A DNA stretch of 64,000 nucleotides from the NCBI GenBank assembly GCA_002633005.1, contig NMRA01000535.1:87850-151849 (forward strand), read 5' to 3'. A model generated the notes under the pieces. The model did not search any database and was not told where the DNA came from. It saw only the letters and a list, made by a program, of their open reading frames with translations. Made by a program: the position numbers and the translations under genes. The DNA comes from Phoronis australis. Its lineage: Eukaryota > Animalia > Phoronida. Below are positions 11,114 to 25,108 of the stretch, one piece after another (the stretch's first letter is position 1; each line of letters starts with the position of its first letter).

Positions 11114-12842
11114 CAAAGATGGCCTCACCGTTTCTTTTTAACTATCTCAGGATCTCGAGATCCTGACTTAATTATCTTGGGATTTCAAGATCCCGATATA
11201 ATTATCTCAGGATCTCGAGATTTCGAGATAACTTTCCTCGGCGTTGTCATTGATGTTTTGTTGCTATGATACGTCCTGATAACTACTTTACACTGCGCGA
11301 GTCAAGATTTTAGATGGCCTGATGATGACGATGTTTGAGACATGGCAACATGTTGAAGTATATTGTCATTCACTTGTCTTCGTTGAGACATGGCAACATG
11401 TTGAAGTATATTGTCATTCACTTGTCTTCGTTGAGACCATAAACGTTATACCTCTTCACGCCAGATAGGATCGCGTGTGCTTTACAAACGTTGAAAGTTG
11501 AGTCATCTCCATTGTTACGTAAAGTGGAGAAATTTTCCAGTGCAACTGGAAGCGCCAGGGTAGTATTCGGCTGTTTTTCGGGCAAGGATGCCGCTGAAAT
11601 ACTATTTTACCTTTAGAAGTATATTTTATTTTCTTGTACAAAATGCCTTCAACTCATGATATACGCAGTTGTACATTATTCAAAGTTACGTAATTTTTTC
11701 GTCTCTTCTATTACCTGCTGTCACATACATGCACGTAGCAATTTTTATAAACAGTTCCCGTAAAATTTTGATGACCCCTCGTGGATTTCTTAGTTGTAAT
11801 CCTTGTCCAACAGTGGTCGACCAGCTCAAACCTCTGGAACATTTTTTTTGTTTTTTCGTTCACCGACGAGTCCCCTTAACTGCCACGGGTACCGGGGTTG
11901 TGGATCCTCCTGTCCACCGCCTCTCGACGCCCCTGACCATGTATTTAATTTAGATTGCTTCGAGCATTCGTTGTGGAAACCACGATTTATTAGTTGAGAC
12001 CGGTGGGCATTTGAAAACAGACTAGAATATGCCTTTTCTACTTCAGACGAATTGTATTTAACCAAAGTGGGTCAGTATTACAAAACACTGACATTCAAAT
12101 GCATGTCGCACGCAAAACCCATCAATACAACCGTGTGTGCACAAGTGAAACGGCTCAAGCTTGTCCCAACCGCTGATGTGCCACACCTGATTCGGGCCAC
12201 CGCCTTGAACCAACCTTCTCTGCCTCTGAAATTGCACTCCAACAGGGCCCAGGAAATTAAGCACCTGGCGCACAATTTTCTTGTCAGATAATATTCCATT
12301 TACCTTGGTAATTTTGATGTGCATGGCGATAACCATGATTTTCTCCTGTTACTACTACGTCTCATGCGACAACGTCACAAGCAGCACCAGCTATGTTGTT
12401 TGTTGCTTTGCCTACTTGTGCCTCGGCTTCTTAAGATGCGCCTCAGTGTTTTAATCTGCCGGTGTAGTCAAGATTCTTTTGCAACAACAATAGAATTTTC
12501 AAGTGCTTGCATCCAAGATTACGGTACTCTTCAATCAAGTCATTCCTGCTTCTTTGAGCAACTCGTGGAAGGTAATCAAATATTCTAGACATTGTGCAAA
12601 TAACTTGTGACGTTTTCAACCCGGTTGAAAATGTTCTTTTTTCTTTAAGTCGGCACCATAGACATCATAATAACGTGATGTCCATGGTTGGCACTTACTT
12701 TGACCTCGTTATCAAGTTTCTTTTACGTACAGCCACACATTGAGCAAAATTATCTCGAGATCTTGACACAATTACGTCGGGGATCTCCAGAAACAGTGAT
12801 CATTAAAAAATAAACACGCGATGTCATCTTTGGGCCACGGTA
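11114..12842 (-). mobile_element. Degraded IS3EU-like DNA transposon (integrase-core DDE remnant)
   Basis: 12058-12336 encodes GPNQVWHISGWDKLEPFHLCTHGCIDGF, matching the GPN..WH.DG.DKLKP.G..IHG.IDG motif. Inverted subterminal TTATCTC(N)GATCTCGAGA repeats at 11143-11230 and 12749-12790; caaagatg/catctttg near both ends. Confidence 0.7.
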
Positions 12843-14069
12843 TGTATTGTGGAAATTTTAACAAGAGGTGAACAGCTAACTCAACCAATATCAGTGACAG
12901 AAAAAAAGACTGTATTGGGGAAAACAAATGCAAATACGGGACTTAGGTCAAAGGTCTATATAACCATCCACATATATTAAATCTTGGAAAGCTGTTAGAA
13001 ATTTAAAGCTCGGAAGTCAGCACAAATTTTGAACGAATTTTTGGGGAACTAATGCTAATACTGATTCTCAAAATTAATGAAAATTACCGTTAATGAAAAT
13101 CCGTCTAAAACCTCGAAAGATACGAAGACGAACGTAAAAAATTGCCATTGGAAACCACAGTGGACCAGAATGCAATTGCAAAATTTCAAAAACATCTCGA
13201 AATGGATGTAGGAGATACAACCGTTGACGCGAAAAAAATGTAACTGGGAAGCACCGAAGTACTTGAACCCGTCTGAAAATCCGCGCCAGTCATAGTCTTG
13301 TCAGCAGGAACACATTTACCAATGGTCATAATGATCCTCTGCGCGGCTTGGCACAGATAAAGAAGCAGAAGACAAATAACAGTTGACTCGAAAATAATTA
13401 AAATGGTTACTAGCTGGTGCAGAATACGTCGATTGGATCAAAAAGTGAAAAGGTGCTGCCGCTTTGTGATGGAAACTTGTTTGCAAAATTTCATGAGAAA
13501 GTATCAATGAACTTTGAAGTTTCAGAGACAAACGTAAAATTGAAACTGCCACTAGATAGCGTACCTGCAGATGGACTGGTCTGAAACTCGTCGTCATCTG
13601 TTGCCATCTCCATAGGAGCACATCTGCTAAAGGAGATACACCCGTACAGGCAACAAAAATTACCACAAGGGGCGCCAGAATAGCCAAACACGCCCGAAAA
13701 TAAACGTCAGCGTCCGTCTTCTCATCAGCATCACATCTTCCAATTTTAATGATCCTTCAAGCGGTTTAGTGGATGGAGAGGGGGGGGGCGTTAAAAACGT
13801 ACTAAACATTTTAAATTGGACATCGCGTGAAGTAGAATACAAATGAGATAGAAACCTATTTGAAAAATTTCATGATAACAAAAACAGCTTCTATACGTTA
13901 AATCTATCCCAAAGCCTTAACCGGTAGTCGTCTTTTCAATAGAAACCTATACTAAATTTCATAAAGGTGCTTCAAAGATACAGAAGACAACGACAGGCAC
14001 ATCGGTACTTGGATTCGTTCAAATGTTGTTCCTTACCAAATTCAAAGATCTGAAACTAGACAGACCAAC

Positions 14070-14390
14070 AACCGTGGGAGAACATATTTTGGCGACTGGG
14101 CATGTCGTCCACCCAGGATCCTAGCCAAGGAACAAAATTGGTATACTCGTAAGCTCAAAGAGCCCATAAACATCAACAGTCAGCGCCCCCTCTTGAACCG
14201 AGACAGAGGACTCCACCTACCCCCGTGTACGCCAGCATTCTTAACGAGCGTAAGGCGGGAAATCCCTCATTCATCAACAAAGACCTGGCGGACCAGGTCG
14301 AAACGTCTGCCAACAGCCAAGCACGTCTCTAAGTAAGTGAACATTTTATATACAATGCCTCTAGAGACCAATGACGAACCTATTCTCCAG
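14070..14390 (+). mobile_element. Penelope-like retroelement 3' fragment (GIY-YIG endonuclease C-terminus plus decayed hammerhead)
   Basis: Frameshifted translation VGEHILATGH..RILAKEQNWYTRKLKEPININ..LNRDRGLHLPPVY, followed by GACCTGG-cgga-CCAGGTC-GAAACGTC at 14282-14307. Confidence 0.75.
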
Positions 14391-14392
14391 GA

Positions 14393-15100
14393 TCCCTACA
14401 ACATGTCCTGTCCAGTTGCAGGGTGGCCCTGGCAGAGGGGAAGTATACTTGGCGTCACAACAAGGTCCTTAAGGAAATTTCCCACACACTAAACCTAGAG
14501 AGAAGAACCAAGTGGAAGGTAGTGAAGAAGTTTAACGACTTTACGGCAGCTGGCTGCAAGAGGGGTATCAGGAACACACGAGGAATCTTATCTATGTCTA
14601 ATGATTGATACGTGGAGGCAGATTTGGGGAAACAAGCAGATTCCCTTCCCATATAGCTTCCGACGTCTGTAAGACCTGACATTATTTTGTGCTCAGATAC
14701 GGCGAAGGTGGTAGTCTTGGTGGAGTTAACTGTGCCATGGGAAACCAGGATACAGGAAGTCAAGGAGAGGAAAGCATTGAAGCACAGCGCGCTGAGCCAT
14801 GTATGCTCGAGGAATGGATGGAGGTGCTTCTGTTTACCAGTTGAGGTAGGAGCTAGAGGTTATGCGGCATCAAGCATGTGGAGGATGCCTCGGATGCTGG
14901 GAATTTCAAATCAAGGAAGTCTATGATGAAGTCGGTGTCAGCCAAAGCGGAATCGGCATCATCATGGTTGTAGTTACAGAAGATCAAACAGTGGCAGAAT
15001 CCCCGTCAAACCGGAGCCTGATCAACTTCCGGGGCCTGGCGTTGGAGCGTGTTCAAGTTTAAGGCCGAAACATGCTGTGAAGACGTCATCTTGCTGATGA
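14393..15100 (+). mobile_element. HERO/NeSL-type non-LTR retrotransposon 3' fragment (restriction-like endonuclease), pseudogenised
   Basis: LQHVLSSC..ALAEGKYTWRHNKVL, RPDIIL..VVLVELTVPWE..ERKALK, LPVEVGARGY motifs with stops and frameshifts. Confidence 0.85.
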
Positions 15101-18100
15101 TTGACGGGGCAGCAGAGAAACATCGTCTGTTTAAAATAAGTTTTAAGTTCGTCAAATTCACTCTCTAAGTCTTCGTAACTTACAAAATCACTACTATCCG
15201 CCATTGCATATATTCTGTCGACCAATCAACGTCTTCCTCTGATGACATCACGTGGCGGGAAACCAAAAAATCATTAATTTTTCTTTAATTCAAAATTCCT
15301 CAATTATGCGCACATGCCAAATTTTGAGTGGGGTTTTGCTCCGGCGGCAGGGCGTTACACTTTGACCGCGGGGTTCGATTCCGCGCTGAGACTGATCTCA
15401 GAACTGAAGGTCACTTTTAGCCTGTAATGAAATTTGATGCATTGCGTTTTTCGTTCATGGATGTATTGATATGTATTTGGGATAAAATGTGACTATTTTA
15501 GTCATGAATTTTAAATCACCTACTTATTATTAATGTTTAACTATACGTACGCTGGAGTCACAAGCATTGGTTCCTGCATTGGGCTCGATCGATATTGAGC
15601 AAAGCAACTACGTGTCGGAGATGTATTTTGAAGTTTCAAACCGATAAATACCACTGAACTCATGTGTCAACGAGGGATTGATGACTGTAACGTAACATTC
15701 CTAGATATAAAACATTCTACATTATATATGATGTAAGCTCATTTCTAACGGTGCTTTGACCGTAGGAAAGTAGAGACGATTTAAAAGGGCAGGAGCCTTT
15801 CTGAATTTGGTTTCTTTGTTGTAATTGTTGGACTTCACGAAGTTCGTGGACTGGTATAAATGCCTGCGAATCTGAGATGTAAGCAATGACGGGACAGACA
15901 AAAAATGAGTATTGGTTTAAAGTCGTCCAACCTGTGTCCAGGTAATTAAAAATAGTATAAATAGCATTGTCTGCTGCAACGCCCTATTCGTGTCAGTATC
16001 CGCGAATCTGAGATTGAATACAAAAATGGAAGTAAACAGACTCAAAGAGAAATTTGGAAATGCAGTATTTTCATGTTAAGAGTATTTCTTTCCTTTGCTA
16101 AGAAGCAAAATAGGATTTGCTATTAGCGGAATTTTTAATTGTCAGTTAGTAGAGTAGCAGTGAAATATCCTTTCAAGCAATGTCACTGGTGGATTATTTC
16201 ACAGATGATCAAGATGAATCATTTGTCTACGATCAAAACGTGAAGGGGCACCTTTTAATCAAACCTAGGCGGAATTACGGGGTGGGGCGAGGCGGAATAT
16301 GGGGGTGGGGCGCATGGGCTGAACCCGATTCCCCCCCTCGGTAGATACGACTGAAATACGTAACGTCGACGATACGCCGTATTTAGGGCTTACGAGAACA
16401 ACTTGACTTTGAAACGTGGTGCCANCCCCCCCCTCCCCTTCCACTTTCGACGTCCTATAAATACACCATCAGTTATGTACATCTACTATTGTTTTGATTC
16501 CCACCATTGGTTTTTGCCAGGTAAACAATCTAGGACTAAGTAATTAACAGTTAAACAATAATCAATATCCTTGTGGGAAGTTTTGAACTGAAGTCTTGAC
16601 AGCCAATTACGGCCTACTCGTGCACATGTCAACGACTTAAAATGACACCAGTTGTCATTTATGGAATCAGGCTTCAGTGCTGGCACTTGCTAACTGCCTT
16701 CATTTTGTGATAACTCAAACCTGTTGCATGGAAATGATATCGGGTCACAAGTTTCCAAGGTCTCTAAACATACATACATACAGGAAGACATCTTCCCGAT
16801 ACGTGTACAGTTTGAAAATAATCTGTCAATCTGAACAATAAGTGTTGCTTGCAGGTAATGTTTAAAAGTGTACCACAGATGCGCTGCACATTCAAAGTAC
16901 AGATCACATGCATGACAATCGCATCAGTATAGTTGGCAACAAGAGAAATGAGTAGCCGGAAGGCTGAGACTACCAAACAATGGAAAGACTGCCGAGATAA
17001 CTGCTTTCACTACACACCCGGTTAGGTTTGTAGGTTGCTTTCAGACCAATGGAGACCAATAAGAATGTGACGAAAACATATTCAGAAAACATGGAACCTT
17101 AGCCGGAGCAGGAAGTGCTACGTCGTGTGTCATGCCCACAACGTAACACACCCCAGGTTTCTCCTGTAAATTCTTCCCTTTCGCGCGGCTAGTCAAAACT
17201 ACCCATACCTCCAATGCAAACATCTGAGAAATAATAAGTCAGAGAGACAAAAATATCCGCCTGCAGTCAACTGCACGGCCGGCATACCTACCCCGTGGGA
17301 GAGCTCCGGCCGGGACAACAAAATAATGTAGCCTTCACCGAAATACCACTCATTTGGTTAGTTTCCTCATTAGACTTTTACTGAAACAACAAGAAGTGAG
17401 AGGACGAGCCTCGAGGAGGGAGGGAGAGAGAAAGAGTCAGTCAAATGAATTTAAGAAACTCGCATTATTTCTAACTGCAATAGACGTCATTGCTTGGTGA
17501 GAACACGATGACAATTTACCCCGGCCGACACAACACCAGTTTACGAGCTGTGACAGGCCGCCTCCATTGGTTAACATTGCACAGTTGGTTTTCCACACAA
17601 ACGAAAAGATAGTGCAATTGAAGCAAACAATTCCCGTCCTTCATACCTTTATCTCCGATCGCTTGGCACTAGCTGTAAATTCCATTTTTGTCGGTGTCAC
17701 GGAGTTCTACTCGTAAGCCTAGTTCTATCAACATCGCCCGACGAATTGTAAACTCTTATCCTTTATCCGTCTACGTTCGTTGACAAGCTGAAGTTGCCAC
17801 TGTTAATCGGGGTCGATCCCTGGTTCAACGTGAATAACTCACAAAGCAATAGACAATTAACTAACTTACGTTGCACAATATACCCGTGCAGTTCTCCTTC
17901 TTGAGTCGTCACCAGTGTTCAATGCAGACCTACTTGTGTATTCGGTCTCGATGAGTTTAATCACAACACTAAGTAGTAGAGGAGAACTTATTGAGTTATA
18001 TTGATTGGGTAATATTGGGTAACCCCATTCACACGCATTTATTGGTCTAAATCGTTTGAACAATTAGCTGTGGGCTAATATGGTGCCCGGTGTCGAAGAT

Positions 18101-21100
18101 GTACGTGTCTCCATGTTGTGATAATCTGTCGCCCGAACAATGCAGTGGCTTCACTGCAGTTCGAAGTTTACTAGTAAATATAGCTCATGCCGTGGTGTAC
18201 AGGAGACGGTAATTCGAAATTGGCACATACGGTATAGTTTACTGAGTTTTGCTCCTAACAAGTTGCAGGTGTTCAAACTTATAGTTACACAGGATAGCAA
18301 CACCAATTCTCACACCACAAACCGCACTGTTAGACATTTTGAGCCATTATGGACTAGAATCATTAGACGCCAGGACAAAATTTCAGGCTCAATGATCATG
18401 TTATTAAATGATTCGGTTAGAGTGAAACAAAGCAGTTATTCGCTGGCTATATGGGCAATTTTAAACACTGTGTAATATAACTGTCCATCTCACACCTAAC
18501 TGCCTAAATCGCACAATATACATCATGCCCCTCAAAATGTATACACCGGTATATCGATTACGTAACAACCCCCAGTGGTTACCCTAGTGATTAAGCGCAA
18601 ACTAAAATTTACTAATATAACAGTGGTTATTCTTCTAATCCAAGTTCAAGAGGGCAACGTTCTGAACGTCAAATAACTTAGAATGACATTCCGATATTAC
18701 TTGAGGGAATTTTTATTATACCTTCAACAATGAAGGCAACAGAGAATTAGAGTGCTGAGTGGATGCTTGTACATAGCGTCCAATAAATATCTTTAACGAA
18801 TACTAAACACCTTTGGAACTTTTGAAAGTTTCAAATGCTACTACAAATCAAATGAGACCACGTAACATAGCTTGAAGCCTTGACATTAAATGATTCGCTG
18901 TAGTCCTCAAAAACCATAAACAATTACAGGAACCGCGTGTCTCTTATCCAACACTGAGATTGCTAATCGGCTGTTTTGTCAACTTTGCAATCTCTTATTT
19001 GCGAGGCGAGGATTATTCGGCTGTAAAATAATCTTCCACATTGAATCATGGGAACTGTTTTGACACATTGAGATTTTTAACTGAATTATCACCGTCTCTC
19101 GTGCGAGTTAATTACAGAGTAGCTCTTTGTATTATCCGTTTAAACAAGTGACCGGCGATTCACCAGGAGAACTTTTTACAAAACATAGGATGTTCCCTGA
19201 AACTTAACGAGGCCAGTATTTCGCTTTGTAAAATTACCTTAAAAGCCAGCACGTTCTTTGAAAACTGCCCAATGTTTTGCACCCAGGTACCTGATAACAA
19301 AAAGGTTTACGATTTTACCGGTAGATGGCACACGTTTCTAGACAAAGAACCAATTTGTACTGACCTCTAGTAATTACAAAAGGGAACTGCGCAAATTTTA
19401 AACAGGTTTTCCGTAAAACGCCCTTAATTTTGTCATGACTGTAACAGCCAAACATTGCAAAGAAAATATGTTTTAAAGCAACCATGTCGGGGTACAAAAT
19501 GCGAGTCTCTACATCAAAACCTAACGGTACATTCCACTGACCAAGTGTTCGTTTTATCAAACTCCGATTGTAACAAAGACGTAGCCACGTTGGTGTATAC
19601 GTGAAGCTGCCTTTTTATTTTTTTTAAAGCGACTGACTTACTACAGGGAAATTACCAGTTAATCCAAAACACATTTTTGAGATAGCTGTTTGACGGGATA
19701 TAGACTTCTTGAAGTTATTAGTTTTGACCAGAGTTATAAAACAACAAAATCCATTGTGATTTTGTGATTTTATTACAAAACGCCAATTCAATTTCGCCGT
19801 TGTCTGCTAGACATTTGCTGAAATCGAGACCCGTGTACCTTATCATACGCTAAGAAGAATCCCTCGCTGGTTCTCTGCGTGTCCACTAGGGGGTAGAGAA
19901 AACGCAGGTATCATTGTACACCCACAGTACTATGAATGGTAGCACTGTCACATACATGTTGTTTAACATGGCTTCTCGTTGGTTAATGTAATGAAACGAC
20001 GTCATAACATTCAGTCATTCCTATTGGTTGAAAACTGGGAACCCCTCTCAGTTTACTGTTACGCAGTATGGCGAACACCTTTGACTTGGATAGTTGCAAA
20101 ACGGGCAATGATCGAAGTAAACAAAATGAAGGAAACTCCGATCAAGTGGTTTAAGCCCAAACAAGTACAGTGCACAAAGGCATGTACAAGTGGACACCAC
20201 GTGATCGGTATACTTCTGACCATGGCATGCCCATTGATGCCCACACACGGTGAATTCCGTGTGTCGTTCATCATGTTTCCAGAGGGCCGCTTTTGAGTAT
20301 AGGTGGCGCTGTGTCAGAGGGTAGTATCATTTCAGCCTCGTCCCCAAGCCTCAAGATTGTGCTGATCGCATTAGCCATTTATAAGGCTTGGTTATGGGAA
20401 ATGAAATGTGGCAGAATTCTGACACATTTTTACGGAAATCGCCGGAATATCATGAGTAAAATAAAATTATATCAATTTTGAAATTTTCTGCAGTATAATA
20501 TAAAACTGAAAACTAACGATATATTGCACCAATTTAAGTCCAGATTATTGCAAAAATGATGATTTCGATTCGAAAACAGATTATTTTCTGTTTTATTATC
20601 AATAAAAAAGAGTTGAAAATAAGTACGCCAACAACCTTTATTTCAAAAAATTAACCAAAAACAATTCCACTCGACCGCTAACTTCTGTAAAATTCCTTTT
20701 TTGTCTTGCCGAGAATGTCCTATAGTAAGGTCCGCCTTCACGATCCACGCTAGCGAATTGTGTGGAGAGTTTGAGCGTCTCAGACAAGATAGAACTAAAA
20801 GCCAGTTTGATGAAACGGGAGAGATTCTGCGAACCCAGCGTGTTTTTCTGAAGTAAAGCTTAACCGCAAAATTAATACGGCATGAATACTTGTGGAGGCG
20901 CCCTTAAAGTCGCCATTACGATAGGAAAAGTTGATTTCACCTCTTTACATGTGATTACTTGCGGCAGAAGCGATGGCATATGTTCATCAGACAGTTTTCA
21001 TGAACAGTGCATAGGAATTATCCACTAGTTAGTACTTAGAGATACCAGTGGTCGCATTTGAAATATCGCAATTTCGAGCGTCATCTTCAGATCTATTTTG

Positions 21101-21984
21101 CAGTTCGCTCACATTTTTGTCTGAGGTTGGGTAAAAGTTGATAATTATACGCCACGCATTGCATTGTCAAATGCAGTTGGTATTAGCCTTTCTGATATAG
21201 GCTTACTCGCTCTCAAAACGAACTCGTCAGGTCATTTTCAAAAAGTTTTGCATTCATTAGGTAAAGGACGAATTTGTACACAGCATTTTGTAATTTGCCT
21301 GTCTATCGCCCATGTTTTTGATAGTTGATCAAAGCTTCTAAAATCATCTGAGAATAATTTGGCCATTATATTACTATTACTTCTGTTTGTGGAGAAAGTA
21401 CGTGTGGCAATCATGTTATTGTGGTCATTTTAACACAGTTATGAACAATGGAGAACTCGAGACATTGTAAAGTCTATGAAAGCTGTACTCGAGTCGAACT
21501 TGGAAATTATTTTTGACACTTATCGTACTACTTTGAAAGGTCACCGCAATCGGTTTCACTGCCGGAAAACCGCATTGATTTTAGGATTTCAGGGTTGACT
21601 TTAAGTTCGTTGTTAAGTTGTTCGCTTTTGCAAGAGGTTTAAAACAGAGAAGTGTGTTCTATTTTGAGATTTTGTTGTCAATCGCCGATTCTTAAAAAAG
21701 GATTCCAGTCAGAGTTAACTGAAATCATTTCAGTTAACTCTGACCGTGGCGGCGATTTCACTCACCTGTTTCGACTTCCGCTCGACACGTTGCTACGCTT
21801 ACACCGCTTGACAAAATTAATTTTTTCTCCCACTTGAGGAAACCACTAGGTCTATGATAGTTTTCTTTAATAAAAAATACAAAAATCACCTGAACCCTTT
21901 TTACTTTTATTGATGCTTTGAACAAAAGGTGGTAAAAAGAGGCACAAGGGTTGATTGTTCTTGACGACCTCTAACTCGTCTACT

Positions 21985-22227
21985 GCTTGAGAACCTCAAC
22001 TTGTATAGTACGTCTTGAGAACCTCTAACTTGTATATTGCTTGAGAACCTCTAACTTGTATATTGCTTGAGAACCTCTAACTTGTATATTGCTTGAGAAC
22101 CTCTAACTTGTATATTGCTTGAGAACCTCTAACTCGTCACTATACTGCTTGAGAACCTCTGGCTCTTAAACTGCTTGAGAACTTTTAACTCGTATACTGT
22201 TTGAGAACTTCTGACTCGTATACTGCT
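21985..22227. repeat. 26-bp minisatellite (gcttgagaacctctaacttgtatatt) ~9 copies
   Basis: Direct inspection. Confidence 0.9.
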
Positions 22228-22329
22228 TTGATACAATTTCTTAGACCATAAAAGCAGTGAACATGGGCTTGCGTAAAATTATATTTTTTACTAAATTCAT
22301 TATGTGTAAAGAAATGTCCAGACTCATCC

Positions 22330-23300
22330 AGCCAATCCGAAATGAATCGCATGCCTTCATTGTTCCGAACTGAATTTATAGTGGGCTTCCACCTGTATTT
22401 GTACGAGAATTTAACCAGATTGGAAACAGTAAGACGGAATTTTGCTCTATATTTGAGTGAAATTTATACAAATAAAAGTTGTGCTGAAAACTTCACTTCA
22501 AATTGATTTTTTGTTCAATATGATAGTTATAAGTTTAAATAAAAAGATCATCACAGACTTACAATAAACCAGCCTTTTAGAAATTTTTAAAATTACTTTT
22601 CATACAGATTTATTTGTTCAACAATCTTCATACCTATGTTACTTTTAAAGATTTTATAATGGAAGCAACATAAACCATTTTTAACACCCTTCAAAGCAAT
22701 TTAGGATAATAGTTTCGCGAACAATTTAATCCACCTTGTTATTACATATAAATAAAAAACATTTTTTCATTTTTTGGATATTTTTCCTGGTGATGGTAGA
22801 CTTAAGAAAAGATGCGTCAACTTTGGTAAGAAGAGTGACTTTGCAATACAAAAACTGAAAGTCTTCTCCTTCACCAAAGGTTCACCATTTTCTTACTTGG
22901 AGTTTTTCATCAAAATACAGACTCAGAATTTCATTTAAATTTACACTAAAATTTACTCCCAAAGTGGTAAAAATGTAATCTGACCATATTAGATAGTTCA
23001 ATTTAGCCATACATAGTTTCATAATACCTATCCAAGTAAAGCTAGTTTTTTCAATATTAGGTTTAAGACCAGATATTTTGCATAGTGATCAAGCAAATCC
23101 AGGATTTCAAAGAAATTTTTTGAATCCATGAAGTAAGATGGTAGTATCATCTGCACAATTTCCGATCATAAAATACAATGTCTCTTAGAGATTTAGGAAG
23201 ATGCGATATTTTAGTCACCTGCTCTGGCTGTTTCAACTCCATTACGACCCGGTATTATCACATGCATTTAATTTTGTTCAGCGAAAAACTAATTTTTGGG
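22330..23300 (-). mobile_element. Heavily degraded L1/Tx1-clade LINE reverse transcriptase remnant
   Basis: Minus-strand fragments ADDTT (~23140-23155), SGLKPNIEKTSFTWIG, SL.LPKLTHLFLSLPSP (~22790-22840) and QGGL. Confidence 0.65.
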
Positions 23301-24792
23301 TCCAAAAATGTCTTTGGAAAAACACGCTTCCGTTGGATTATTTCCTCTACTTTTCCAATATATAAACATCATAACGTGTTACACGATTGGCGTTGTCTGA
23401 CATGAAGTAATTCCGTTGAAATTTGCTCATTTTATTCATGCTTCGCTCTCACGGATTGTTTGGCATTAATGCAAACTAGAGGTAACTGTGTTCGAGTAGT
23501 ATGCTGCTTTACGTGGAAGTCTGGTAAATCAGTGTGTGCATTTGATGAACCCAGAGTTAAGACTACCTTCGTTACCGAGAATCAATTTTTTTAAATTAAA
23601 ATGAAGCAGAAAAGGCATCTCTCACAAACCATGGAGTTTTCTTGTACGCGTTGGTCATTTGCGAGTTTTCCATCACTATGCAATCTCTGCACATAATCAG
23701 TTAAATGGCCGAAAGCCGTCTTGATACTGTTAGCTTGGACCAGCGGTATGAAATCAAAAAAAATCCATTGTGTTATAGGATTTTATCAAAAATTGCTAGT
23801 CTGCGTTAGTCATTCGCTGAAATAAGGACAGTAATTTCAATCGCTTAGTACTCAGCCACTTATCGAGTTGGTTGTGAGTTCGAGTCTACGTTACTGAAGC
23901 GGCTGATAGCAGAAAACCGCTGTTTGCGCCACCTAGAGTTGAATAATATGCAGATGTATGTCCAATGAATGCACGTGTGTTATGAAGTTATCTTTACGCT
24001 TGTACCAAGAACTGTCTGGCGTTTAACATCTGAGATCTGTTTCTCGAAGGATCCATAGCCAGCAGTTGATGTTTTGTCCGCCGGGTTTTGACTTAAGCCT
24101 GATTTCGTGAATTGGGCTGAGCCATCCGTAGACTGATTCTTAGGAAAAAGTGAAAATAGAGTAAACTCTTCGGGGAATAACTCCCCCCGCCGCCATATAG
24201 TCATTACGACGTTTGCATTCTATCGTAGTTAGCCTCTTAACAAAGGCCTTAGGCAGCAACAATTGTTCACTTGCAGATGTGTTGAGACTGGTGCTTCCAC
24301 TGCACTAACTGGACGGATTACTGGGCTCAACTCAATATTACATGTTATTGGTCAATCTCACAAAGGCTCCTGAATTTCCATTCCATTTGTCATCAACTAC
24401 AGATAGACGGCTTCAATAGGCAGTGAAAATAAGTTCCCAGTTGTCAGTGGGGAAACTGAAGCCTTTTCGCATCGCTTAATTACCATCACAGCAAAATAGG
24501 ATTTTATTGACGAGTGCGCGTATTTAGCAATACGGCAACATTGTCGGTAAAAGTTCATACTTTCTGAAAGTACAAAACCTTTAGATGTTTGATTTTTGAC
24601 TTTTTACGTGACCGTGTCTTTTTAGTAAAATTTACCAAAAAAAAAAGAAAACCACAATTATCAATAGCATCGACAACAAAATCGATTTTTATTTGATTTA
24701 AATGTTCAAGATAAGATCTCAAAAATCCTGTTACAGTTTTCTAGAACATCATTTCATCGTTTTATGCAACTAATAAGTGTTCTCCTCAAAAT

Positions 24793-25108
24793 CAAAGTCC
24801 TACACTTTGATACCCTCATGCAAATACTTTGACACCTCTCATGCAAAGTACTATACTTTAATACCCCTCATGCAAAGTCCTATACTTTGATACCCCTCAT
24901 GCAAAGTCCTATACTTTGATACCCCTCACGCAAAGTCCTATACTTTGATACCCCTCATGCAAAGTCCTATACTTTGATACCCTCCACGCAAAGTCCTATA
25001 CTTTGATACCCCTCATGCAAAGTCTTATACTTTGATACCCCTCATGCAAAGTCCTATACTCTGATACCCCTCATGCAAAGTCCTATACTTTAATACCCCT
25101 TATGCAAA
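24793..25108. repeat. 29-bp minisatellite (caaagtcctatactttgatacccctcatg) ~11 copies
   Basis: Direct inspection; unit contains CAAAGT..ACTTTG inverted repeat. Confidence 0.9.

Noticed and set aside
15022-15225. MADSSDFVSYEDLESEF... as a host gene start
   Set aside because: It runs into the HERO tail; more likely a transposon gene remnant and cannot be supported.
15238-15263. CTGATGA...GAAAC hammerhead
   Set aside because: No stem II pairing; chance match. The same applies to ~21070-21090.
15330-15395. tRNA gene (GGTTCGATTCC B-box)
   Set aside because: No acceptor or anticodon stems can be folded; at most a decayed SINE head. The same applies to ~23845-23890.
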